From: Carcharhinus longimanus | Taxonomy: Eukaryota | Length of the DNA stretch: 64,000 nucleotides | Direction: 5' to 3' | Assembly: GCA_030264375.1 (NCBI GenBank) | Contig: JASCQW010000109.1 | Coordinates: 51,933,809-51,997,808 of the forward strand | Shown here: piece by piece, positions 52,594 through 64,000 of the stretch | Position numbering within the stretch: the first letter of the stretch is position 1 | Layout of the letters: every line of letters starts with the position of its first letter | Made by a program: the position numbers and the translations under genes | Notes under the pieces: model-generated | Seen by the model: the letters and a program-made list of their open reading frames with translations, nothing else | What the model was told of the DNA's origin: nothing | Database searches by the model: none

Positions 52594-53616
52594 CTGCAAG
52601 ATGAAATACATAGTTGCACATTTTAATACATCCTTCACCAGTTAAACACAGATTGATTGCAAACACGTTTTTGCTGTGGCCTTGTGTTCTAAGGGGGCCA
52701 AAACCTGATGGCCACCCTGATGATTCCCCGGTATCAACATTCTGGAGTTACCATTGATCAGAAACTGAACTGGACAAGCCATAGAAATACTATGGCTATA
52801 ACAACAGGTCAGAGGCTAGATGTCCTAAGACAAGTACATCTTCTCCTGACTTCCAATAGCCTGTCCACCATTTGCAAAGCACAAATCAGGACTGTAATAG
52901 AATACTCTGGATGAATGCAGCTCCAAAAACACTCAGGAAGTCAATGACATCCAAGACAAAGCAGCCATTTGATTGGCATCCCATCTATCACCTTAAACAT
53001 TCACTCCCTCCATCACTGATGAACAGTGGCAGCAATATGTACCACCTTTAAGATGCACTGCAGGAGAGGTTGGATACACTGGGATGTTTTTCCCTGGAGC
53101 ATAGGAGACTTAGGTGTGATCTTGATAAAATAATGAGGGGCATAGATCAATTAAAGTTAACATATTTTCCCAAAGGTAGGGGAGTCTAAAATTAGAGGAT
53201 ATAGGTTTAAGGTGAGAGAGGAGAGATACAAAAGGGTTCAGAAGGGCAAAGGGTGGTGAGTATCTGGAACAAGCTGTCAGAGTTGGTAGTAGTAAAGGCA
53301 AGTACAATTTTGTCTTTAAAAAGCATTTAGACTGTTACATGGGTAAGATGGGTATAGAGGGATATGGGCTAAATACAAGCAATTGGGACCGGCTTAATGG
53401 TTAAAAAAAGGTGGCGTTGACAAGTTGGGTCGAAGTGCCTGTTTGCATGCTGTAAACCTGTACGATTCTATAATAATGGTGAGGTTGTCAACAATGAAAG
53501 TGGACAGCAACTTGTGGTATCCAAAACTGAGTTTAATTGCATTTGAGGGAACATAAGTCATAAACAACTGTTTAGAGTAGGAAATTCTTTACCAGACATT
53601 TAAGTAAGATGTATAC

Positions 53617-53920
53617 CTATCGCTAGCGTCATGACCTTTAGATGATCTCGGACTAGCTTGAGTACCATGCTTTTCTGCAGAGGAGTAAAACGGCAGCACA
53701 GTACAGATTGGCAACACTTTGCCAAATCCAGGAATTTCTTCTGCAGGTTCCCATGGAAGACCGCACTCAAAGTATTTCCATCAATCACTAGACCAAAGCT
53801 GGGTTTGAATATAGAGGAAGTAGGGTCAGAGTTCACTGTTAATTTGGACGTAGTGCAATTTACTTCTCTACTCATTTTAATTTCTTCCAAGATGCAGTCC
53901 AGCAAAGATTCACAGGCCTC
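53617..53920 (-). CDS. ATP10B: P4-ATPase (ATP10B-like) coding exon, P-domain: EACESLLDCILEE...FGLVIDGNTL...VLCCRFTPLQKSMVLKLVRDHLKVMTLAI(G)
   Basis: The translation shows the P4-ATPase motifs LVIDG and CCRxTPLQK..TLAIG. Acceptor tttaacAG|GAG and donor G|GTatac; 304 nt, ending in phase 1. Paralog assigned from recalled similarity to human ATP10B. Confidence 0.93.
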
Positions 53921-55274
53921 CTGTTAAATGAAAGCAAAGTTTCTTTTAAAAAATACAGTTTACAAAATAGAATAGTTATTTCAATGAGATCATGCCAGGA
54001 GCACTCCAGTAGTAGGGAAAATGCTAACATCTATTATAAAGGGTGAGATAACAGAAAACTTAAGAAAGATTCAATGGGTGTAGACAAAGTCAACGTGGAT
54101 TTGTGAAAAGGAAATTATGTTTGGAAAAACTACTGATGTTTTTTTGAGGCCCTAACTAGCAGAATAGGTAAGGGAAAATGAGTGGATGTGGCTTAGGATT
54201 TTAAAAAAATCTTTGATCAAGTTCCACAAGAGATTCATTTGAAAAATTAATGCACATGGAATTGGGGATAATATAGTGGCATGGATTGCAAATAGGAAAC
54301 AAAGAGTAGGAATAAATGATTTTTTTTGGAGTGGCAGGCACTGACTAGAGGGGTACCACAGAGATCAGTGCTTGGGCCCCAGCTATTCACAATATGTATC
54401 AATGGTTTGGATGAGGGAACCAAATGTAGCATATCCAAGTCTACCTGATGACTCAAAACTTTGAGGATATTAAGAGGCTTCAAGATGAGTGACAGGACAG
54501 GTATGTGGCCGATGCAGAATAATATGGATAAGAGAATTTATCCACTTTGAATGGAGAAACAGTATGGCAGGATATTATTCAAAAGGTGATAGATTGGAAG
54601 ATGTTGACATACAAAGGGACCTGGGTGTCTTTGTATGCCAATTACTGAAATCAAGCATACAGGTTCAGTAAGAAGTTAAAGACAATTGGCGTGTTGACCT
54701 TATTGCAAGACGACTTGAGTACAAGAGCAAGGATGTCTTACTGTAGCTGCATAGGACCATGGTGAAAGCACAGCTGCAGTATTGTGTGCAGCATTGGTCT
54801 CCTTATCTAAGAAAGGATATAGCCACCATAAAGAAGGTGCAGCAAAGGCTCATCAGACCGATTCCTGAGATGGCAGGATTGCCATGTGAGGAGAGATTGG
54901 GTTAACTGGGCCTGCGTTCACTAGAATTGAGAGGAACATATAAAATTCTGACAGGTTTAAACGGAATGGAAGCAGGGATGATTGTTCCTCTGGCTGAGTG
55001 AGGGAGATGGATGCTGTCTGGGACAAGGAACTACGGTTTTAGGATGCAGGTTTGGCAATTTAGGACTGAGATGAAGAGAAATTTCTTCTCTCAAAGGGTG
55101 GTGAACCTGCAGAATTCTCTACCACAGAAGGCTGTGGATGCCAAGTCACTGGATATATTTCAGAAGAAAATAGACACAGTTTTAGACTCAAAGGCATCAA
55201 GGGGACAGGGAAAGTATGCTTCTTTTAGGGCAAACCAAATAATGGAGAGATTGTGGGAGTATGGCACTGCAATA

Positions 55275-55480
55275 CCGCAAGAAGTCTCACAACGCCAGGA
55301 TAAAGTTCAATAGGTTTATTTAGAATCACGAGCTTTCAGATCACTGCTCCTTCATCACTCACCTGATGAAGGAGCAACGTTCTGAAAGCTCGTGATTCCA
55401 AATAAAACTGTTGGACTTTAACCTGGTGTTGTGAGACTTCTTACTGTGCCTACCCCAGTCCAATGCTGGCATCTCTACAT
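55275..55480 (+). mobile_element. Palindromic Penelope-like family A element
   Basis: ~80-bp inverted arms at 55279-55357 and 55364-55443, plus the tail ccccagtccaatgctggcatctctacat. Confidence 0.8.
55359..55395 (+). ncRNA. Minimal type I hammerhead ribozyme motif
   Basis: UCAC-CUGAUGA-A-GGAGC(AAC)GUUCU-GAAA-GC-UC^GUGA. Core boxes are intact, helix I is UCAC/GUGA, helix II is 5 bp (2 G-U), and helix III is the palindrome AGCU. Confidence 0.7.
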
Positions 55481-56212
55481 TGTTGAGATAGAGGATCAGC
55501 CATGATCACGTGGAAAGGCAGAGCAGGCTCAAAAAGCCTGAATGACTCTAGCCCTGCCCCTACCTTCTATGTTTCCAACTACCTGTTCACGTCCAACGCT
55601 ACAGCACATAGCTATAATATGTTGTTAACTATTGAAATAGCATTGTTAGATCTAGTGCTGGGTATCCTTGGACGAAAACTCACAGGTGACACACATGGAT
55701 CTGTGAGGTTAGAGGCTTCATGTCAATGCCAGGTTAGGGTGTAAACAAAACAGGTACAGCATCCCTGTGGAACTAACTATGCACAGCAAACAGCTTCATG
55801 TTTAGCTGCTGCCCTCTTCTAATTATATCAATGCTACCATGAAAACAAAGCAGAACATGCTGGAGAAAATCTCAGGATGTGAATGAACCAGATGGGCTTT
55901 TCCGACAATTGTTTCATGATCATCAATAGACTCTTAATTCCAGATTTTTTTTATTGAATTCAAATTCCACCATCTGCTGTGGCGGGATTCAAACCTGTGT
56001 TCCCAGTACATTAGCTGAGTCTCTGGATTAGTAGTCCAGCAATAATACCACAAGGCCATCGCCTCCCTGTTTGAGTATCAACACTGATTCCTTCAGAGGT
56101 TAATTACAATAAGCACAGCCTAAATTCTTATACTTGCCCTGCTGCAGTCAGGTTTCACATCATCTAGCTGCAGAATCTATTATGAAAGTCAATTTAACTC
56201 CAGAAAACAAAG

Positions 56213-57740
56213 ACATAATCTGCTGTTGCTATTCAAAGTTCAAGATGCAAAGTTTCCCAGTACATTTCACCCACTGATTTGACATTTACAAGAAAACAGG
56301 AGCCACAAATTAATCTGTAATATGGAGCAGAAAGAAAGGTTAGAGAAATGCCAAACACTTATTTGCAAATGTCAACATTTTTTAGGTTAGAAATGACTTT
56401 GTTTTTTAAAAAAAGAGCAGCCTGCCAGTTGTGCATGCCTGGTAATGTGCCACCATGTACTACTTTGAAAGGAAAAGATTTGATGCAAACGAAGATTTGT
56501 TACATCTTCTCTTGCTATTACATCCTACCAATGTCAGGATCTGTTTCCTATAAACCACAGGGGGTGAGGGATGAAAGTTTGGCCCCTGCTCCCCCAGGTT
56601 AGATTATTGCAATGCATAACTCCCTTCTACATACTTTCAATTGCCACGTTGATGCACTTGTATGGAAATACATTAGATTCACTTCAATAATGCAAGTAGA
56701 ATAGTTGCTCCCTGTTATCATGATAGCATTTATGCATCTTAAGCATAGCTCATTTTTATGTGAAACATCGAATGGTGTATGTTTTCAAGGAAGGAGAGGT
56801 GTGGGGGTAGACTTGTGAGAGATGTGGGCTGAGAAATCTGGAGCTTTGGATAATGTGAAGTCCTGCCAAATTTAATGGCAGGACCTTATTTGTATCTTGC
56901 TTTCTTTGTTTCCCTGTTGGCTGCTACCCAGATTGAGAGAATAAGACACTGGCTGGCTGTTGGCTAGGAAGCAAGGTCTGTGTGTGTGTGAGAGAGAGAG
57001 AGAGAGAAAAAGAAAAAGAGGAAGACCACAGGGATGGGGTGTGGACTTCAGAGAAGAGTTATTCTAGTGATTAACTGGTCATATTTCCCCAACCTCTCTC
57101 ACACTCCCAAGTATGCCCCATGCCATGCTTAGTCCTCCTCCATACCAGCCCTCTGCAACCTTCCCCAATTAAACCGAATGTGGGCTTGTTCATGGCAGGA
57201 CTGGTCAAATTTTAAAATCTAATATTCCCCCCCTTCCCCCCACCCATCTTGGGCTTTGAAACTCCCCTTAGTTATTTCTGTAAGATTGCTGGTCTGTAAT
57301 AAGGCTTCAGAGGCAGAAGTCCCTTCACCAAAACCCTTTATTTACAATTCCAACAGCAGTGCACAGAGTGCTATCAATCAGCAGTCTACCTTCGGGAGTG
57401 CCAAAGGACCTGACACTCCCAGTTAAGTCCAAGGAAAAGGCTACCTGATGGTCCATCAATTGACTCTTTAATCAGGGGGATTCATATTCCATTAGGCCAA
57501 TCTCAATGGCCTGAATGAAGTCATTGCAGGTCATAAGCTGATCTTGAATAGATAAGAGGTGCAATGTTAAACACACTGGACAAATACAAATACATAATCT
57601 GCTGCTGCTATTCAAAGTTCAAAGTTCAAACTACAGATTTTCCTGGTACATTTTCCTCTCCTGCTTTGACATTTAAAAGAAAACAGGAGCCACAAATGAA
57701 TCTCTGATATGAAGCAGAAAGGGAAGGTTAGAGAAAATGC
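56213..57740. repeat. Diverged direct duplication of ~140 bp (56213-56351 and 57592-57740)
   Basis: acataatctgctg.tgctattcaaagttcaa ... aagaaaacaggagccacaaat.aatct ... aggttagagaaa is present in both copies. Confidence 0.9.
57295..57528 (-). mobile_element. Solo LTR (Gypsy-like)
   Basis: Ends TGTAAT...ATTGCA, exact 4-bp TSD ggtc at 57291-57294 and 57529-57532, and tgtaaataaag polyA motif on the minus strand. Confidence 0.8.
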
Positions 57741-59447
57741 TCGCATCCAGAATCAGGCCCAGGCCTATCAATTCTATCAACTATTCCCCAAATGAATCTT
57801 GGCACTTCATTTCCCATAAACTGCCCAGTGGCTATTGAACTGTAGGCTGTTCTTCACCACAAGCTCTTTTTCTTCCATTGCCCTTAGGGGAGCAGCTAAA
57901 CTCACTCCTGCCACCTTTCTCACTTTGCACCTTTCAGAGATAACATTAGCTGAGCTCATTGGCATAAAAAGAGAAAATCCAAACTGAGAAATTAATTGAT
58001 GAGCCTCAATCTCAGGTGGGTCTTTACTTTTCTTCACTCCACATAATTCAGTCAAATTGACCTTGATTTAAAATAAATAATTTACATTACAACAAAGTGA
58101 TAAATACCTTAGTCACAAAAAGGCTGTAGTTACGTTTGAATGAATATCCAAAAGCAGATTCTTACTTATAGAAAATTCACAAATCTGGATTAAGGCTCAT
58201 GGATTCCATGGATCTGGGTGAAATGCTGAGCGGATTCCTTGCACCCCAGCATAAATGTCAGGGGTGAGCCTGACTCTACCTGGCTGTTAGGTCTCACTTT
58301 AATTTTATCATCAATGGACCTTTAATTATTATAAGGCACCAACTCTGCTGTTCAGCAGGAGGAAGATCCGCCTTATAGAACTGCTGGCCAATCAGAAGCT
58401 AGCAGCTCTACAGTGCCAACAGTGCCCCCATGAGGAGTGATCAATACTAGTACTGCAGCTAGGCTAAGGAAGAGACTACCAACAATGGACTGGCACCCAA
58501 GGGATAATAGGACTGTAGGTGGGGGAGTGTTGGAGAAGGTGGGAGGAGTGCAAACCCAAGAAAACTGTGGAGCCAGGGCCTCTGATTGGCATAAGGGACC
58601 CAGAAAGGATATGCCCACTGCAATCCCCTTCCCCCACCTTCAGTGACCACCAGCCTGCAGGATCAAACCTGCTAGGTTTTATGTTGGCACAGGCCTCTCC
58701 TACCACCCATTAAATCTGAATGGAAGCAAGCAGCCCAGTTAAGGCTATCAGGGGCAGGCTCGAAGGGCTAGATGGCCTACTCCTGCTCCTATTTATGTTC
58801 TTATGTTCTAAATCAACCATGGGCAGGTGGCCCACCTGAAGCTTCCCCTTCAATTCATAACATTACAGTGGGGTTTGGCAGGCTGGCAGTGGACATGCTG
58901 CCACTGGCATAACATCACAGTTGTCACATCCACCCTCCTGTTTTTCAATCACTGGTGCCCTGTAAAATCTAGCCCCATCTTTACAACTGCTAAATTCATC
59001 AAGGTTGAAAAAGTTTAATAACTTGCCATTTTTTTTCAATATAAGGAAAAACACATAAAATAGAGCAAATCTTCAAAGGCAGCAAGCTCCACCTGTTCTG
59101 TTAAATTATCACATCCCAAAAGATCTTAAGCAAATGCGGCTGGATTACTGAGATGGCATAATGTTTACATCTAAAATGTATCCTCAAACACTTGAATTCT
59201 CAACATCTGTAATATTGGGCATGCAAAGAAAGTAATATCAACAAGGCTGGGGTAAAGTTTACCAAAGCACTCACCACTAAAACTGAAGTAAAGTGAAGTA
59301 GGGAAGAATCATTGGGTTCATCTAATAATCAAAATGGGTCCAGAATTCTAACACAGAAAGTGATCTACCCAGTCTGAACCTGTGGTTCCTATATTAGTGC
59401 TGGATGGACTTGCTGGTTAGGTGCACCAGCACCGTTAAATCACGGAA

Positions 59448-59762
59448 ATCATAGAATCCCCACAGCGCAGAAGGGGACCATTCAGCTCATTGAGCTTGCA
59501 CTGACAACAATCCCACCCAGGCCCAATCTCCATAACCCCACATGTTTACTCTGCTACTTCTCTTGACAGTAAGAGTCAATGTAGCATGACCACTCAACTT
59601 AACCCATATTTCTTTGGACTGAGAGAGGAAACCGGAACACCTGGAGGAAAGCCACACAGACATGGGGAGAATGTGCAAACTCCACACTGTCACCCAAAGC
59701 TGGAATTGAACCCAAGTCCCTGACACCGTGAGGCAGCAGTGCTAACCACTGTGTCACCGCGT
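59448..59762 (-). mobile_element. HE1/V-SINE-type SINE
   Basis: Full reverse-complement copy. Confidence 0.85.
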
Positions 59763-61124
59763 CATCCCTCATTGTACCCGAACAGGCGCCAGAGTGTGGC
59801 AATTGGGGGATTTTCACAGTAACTTCATTGCAGCATTAATGCAAGCCTACTTGTGACACTAGTATATAAACTTTAAAAAAAACTTTAAAATTAGACTGCT
59901 ACCAATTACTTGTTCTAAAAGAATCATTTTATTCTGATTTCAGAATTCATAGTACCATGTAACCATGAAAAGCAAAATTGAGTCAAAAGTATTCTTATTT
60001 ACTAAATCATGCGTGAATTTTACAAACATTTCCAACACGGATCTAATGCAAGTTTAATGTGAAATTAATGCCTTTTGGTATGAATCTTTTATAAAAGACA
60101 TAGTAATAAAAGTTTTATCTAAGTCTGCATTTCATTTAGCTCTGAAAACCTAAGTAGCTGGAAGGTTAGATTTTAAAAATGAAGCTGTCTCAGCCAGGGC
60201 GGGGTGGTAACAAAAATATTCTGATCAATGGGTTGGATGGAGAACATGATTGGAGCTGGCTCTGGGTAACGGTGCCCCGTGTCCTGGGCTAATATTATTT
60301 TGTTTCTTATCAAACAACCGGGTAAGCAATCCAATGTCAAACTCTGTGCATATGCATAGCTGTTTGACCGACCATAAGACACAGGAGCAGACAGGCCATT
60401 TAACCCATCCGGTCTGCTTCACTATTCAATGAGACTGTGCAGTCAGGCAGCATGGCCAGTGCAGGTTGGGAGGGCCAAAGGGCCTGTTCCTGTTCTGTAA
60501 TTTTCTTTGTTCTTTGAGATCATGGCCGATCAAATAATTCACCACTCCACTTTCTTGCCTTATCTCGACTCCCATACTGATTAAAAATCAGTCTCAGTCT
60601 TGAGCATAGTTAATGAGCCAGCCCCTCTGCGGTAGAGAATTCCTCAGATTCACTACCCTCAGAGAAGAAATTCCTCCTCATCTCTGTCTTAAGTGAGCGA
60701 CTGTACTGATCTTTTTTTTGGCTTGGACTAATTTTTAAAAAAATTGAACGGCATTTCTATGTTGAATGCTTCTAGCCAGGTTTTTGAGATGACTTGCCAT
60801 GCTTCACGCTATTTATCACGTTGAAGTGCGCAATTATTATGGATGTGCAACATTTCCTATGGAGCTACTTATTGGCAGGTTGTGTGACTGATACCAGCTC
60901 AGTGGCTCCCTGCTGAGTGCGCAAAGACAGCAAATTAATTCTTTCAGCAATGTGGGGTTAGGTTTGGAATATTTTAAATGTTATAAAAATTAATGAGGGT
61001 AGAGGCATTGGAAGGGAAAGGCAGGGATGACGAAGTATTGTGTATGAGATGTCTCTCTTTCTTGTTCAGGGATATGTTTGGCCTTCAGGGAACAGTGTGG
61101 CAACATTCATGTTATACAAAACAT

Positions 61125-62168
61125 GACGAAGAATTCTCCCAAAAAAATGACAACGTGTATAGTGGCAAGAAAACAGGAGTGATGCGTGTTGGTCTCTCAG
61201 GCGTGCGCCACACTGCAGTCACTTGACACTCAGTGTTTTTTGGAGAGTGGTGAGTTGTGTGCCATGTTGGGGTTGGAAGGGCTAAACACACTAGCGAGTC
61301 TGGCTTCAGAATGCTCGGGCGCCATTTTCATTGCCCTGATTTCTTAGTGCACTGGGAGATCCCCTCCACTTTCCCTCCGCCCCCAATGGATATTGGTATG
61401 TTCCCCCACCCCCTCCCCAACATAGGTCGCCGGCATCATGGGGTGGTGAGGGGGAAATTGGGGTCCTCCTGACGGGTTCCCCATTATGACCCCCAACATG
61501 CCCATCCAGCAGGTCCTCTGATATGATCCACCCCTGCGTAATCCAGTAGGGGTTGGGGAAACATGCTGATATCCATTTGAGGGGGAAGTGGAGGAGATCT
61601 CCCATCATAGCCCCCACTCAGAACCCAACCTCTACCTGGCATATTGATGGTGTCCATCTGGCTCTGCTGTGGTGCCCAACTCTCAGTACCTGGTAGCCAT
61701 TGCTATTGTGCCAGGTGGGCATCGCCCAACCATGCCCTGCCCACTCAGTTGCTTCCATGGTCTCTGAGTCCCCTGGTGTGGCCATTGCATAAGGTCTCCA
61801 CCAGTAGTGATTTGTACCGATGTAACTTCCCGCCAGAGGAGTGGAAACATTCTGGGATTGGGAGGGGATATTCAAAGAACAATGCAGCACAGGAAACAGG
61901 CCCTCCAAGCCTGTGCCGCTCATTGGTCCAACTAGACCAGGGGCGGACGAGTGATTACGTGCCGAACTTGTTAATGTGATTGAAATCCAGTCAATCTCAT
62001 GCAAACCGGCCTAGTCACGACACAATCCGATTCGTGCTATTGAAAAGGGGCTGGAATGATCGCAAACTGTTTGGCGCCATGTGCAGAGCCAATTTTTAGG
62101 CCTGCATATTATTCTCCAGGAATGCTGCGATTTGCACCAAGCACTGTGAGGTCAGAAAATCACCCCCC
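61125..62168. mobile_element. ~1 kb decayed GC-rich non-autonomous TIR element
   Basis: Ends resemble the MITE TIRs (gaattctccc / cagaaaatcacccc) and the interior resembles other GC-rich relics (1335-1615, 23640-24260). Confidence 0.5.
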
Positions 62169-64000
62169 AAGTATATTTTGTCTAAGAATCACACAACACC
62201 TATTTTCTTTTATTTTATACCTTCTTCAATTTTTGAACAGATGTAGAATTTTGCAGGAAATAATTTTCCCAGCTACTATCTAAAGGAACAAATTGTGAGG
62301 TTTGAAAAGCTGACTAGGACAAAGTGTTCAATACAACTTAAACATTGCAAATATGAACAATTACTTGTTAGTGCTCAGAACATTTCCTATTTGATATTAA
62401 ACAAATGAAGAACTTGCATCATTATAATGTATTTCATGACACATGAAGTGTTTTATTCCTAATAAAATACTTCTAAAAGTGTAGCTACTGTTATAATACA
62501 GTAAAACACGACAGTCAAACTTGCACGCAGCGAGTTTCCACAAACAGCAATGAGATCATTGATTTTAATAAGTTTGTTGAGGGATCAATATCAGCCAGGA
62601 CACTGGAAGTCCCCTGCTTCTATGGCCACCTAGAGGGCTATAGTTTAACATCTCATCCAATTGAATGCACCTCCAGCAATGCAGCACTCCCTCTGTACTA
62701 CACTAGCCCAGGTTTGTTCTTAAGTCTCTTGAGCCCACATGGGCTTGATTCCTCGACCAGAGGAGGATCTGCTAAATGTTGAGCCACAGCCAGCATTCAG
62801 GGCAGTACTTGCACTGAGCTGGGAAGACTTCTTTGAAAATTGAATTCAGGAATCAGATGCAGAAGTCTCACCCCCATTTCCAACAATTGCCAATGGGGGA
62901 AGGAGGTGGGGTGTACTTGACATAAGGGGGGAACCAAACTCAGCACCACCATTTGAACTTGGTGGTGAGATGAAAAAGATCCCAATTTGCCTATGGCAAG
63001 GGCCTTAAACCATATTGTGCAGGACACACGTGATTGAGTTAGATGTGAACAGTCTTGAAGGGTGACTAAGGTCCATCTAATTTTCACGGTAAATTTCTTT
63101 TAGTGCTTGCTCTTTAAACTTAGAAAACTGCAGCTATTAGTAAGTTTTAAAAAAACTTCTGCTGGACTGCTTTGATTGGCAGGCATAGATTAGAAAAAAA
63201 TTCACTGGAGTTCTTTGCTGATGCTTTCGCTAAGGGCTATCATTATGTCATTATGGATGTTGGGCTTCAGTTTCAAAAGCTCCAATTATCTCAGCAGGGG
63301 ACCATGAGGGGTGGGGAGGAGGTGTGNNNNNNNNNNGGTTAGAGGGCCTAACAACTTCTAAAACAACTCGGACAAAGATCCAGCAAGCTGAGCTGGGCCT
63401 TCTAACCAGCCTGACTCTTGGTATTAGACTGTCCCCATAGCTGCCTGTTCTGCTTCCAGGGATCAGTGACTCCAACTTTATCTCCCAGAGCAAGCAATTG
63501 TGTTTTTCAAGTGAGAGTTCAAAGTGGCTGTGCTGAGTACAGAAATTTCCCGACTTGAATACCCAACCCGGCAGCCAAAATCTAGCCTTCACATTCATTT
63601 TGATATCACCATACTAAATTAGTGTGTCATCTGAAGCATCAGGAAGGTAGGTGCTCAAAGATCCACTTGATAGAAGTTCTGTAGTATAAAAATTATCATT
63701 CACTGAGGAAGTGATAAATCTGCCAATCCAGCATTGTCTGTCTCCTAGTCTGATTAAAGGTTCAGATATGCAAAGACCCATTGTTCAGATTTTTATTTGA
63801 CATGTTCACTGAAACGCTTTGATGTAGGGCAAAACATCAAAGATTATACAGTATAAGACATCAAAGGTGCGCTTCAATTAAAAGGAGCTTACGAAGCTTC
63901 CTGGGTCCTTTGCAAGCTATGCGCAAGTGGGCATATATTAGAGTTAGAATGTTAGTGCTGGCGGTTTTAGACTAATTTAATTTGCAGCACTGTTGGTGAT

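Larger units (their letters stand above)
53980..55575 (+). mobile_element. Decayed CR1 RT to tail (a second tail at 53065-53470)
   Basis: Encodes GVPQRSVLGPQLFTI.IN.L, QRDLG and RNFFSQRVVNL.NSLP. Confidence 0.85.

Noticed and set aside
53921-64000. Search for the preceding ATP10B exon (WVLTGDK motif)
   Set aside because: Not found by eye. It presumably lies beyond the window, so no feature or exon loss is claimed.

Overview
This is vertebrate genomic DNA, most likely from a shark or other cartilaginous fish, inferred from HE1/V-SINE-type SINEs, Deu-domain SINEs and dense CR1 relics. It is a draft assembly with N gaps. The only host gene supported is the 3' part of a class V P4-ATPase lipid flippase, most similar to ATP10B. 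It lies on the minus strand as eight coding exons (53920 down to the stop at 35403) with GT-AG junctions and consistent phases. Everything else is intronic or intergenic and dominated by decayed CR1/L2-type LINEs, SINEs, TIR/MITE elements and a solo LTR, and most ORFs in the track are noise or LINE remnants. The most interesting signal is two families of short palindromic, Penelope-like non-autonomous elements. They carry minimal type I hammerhead ribozyme motifs and have 12-16 bp target-site duplications. One copy has captured about 160 bp of genomic DNA from 1.5 kb away between its inverted arms, and two copies are nested inside each other. Also seen: several short local duplications (inverted and direct), two repeat-bracketed inserted blocks inside ATP10B introns, and some odd features in the ATP10B coding sequence. 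Element family names come from memory of consensus motifs, not from a database search.
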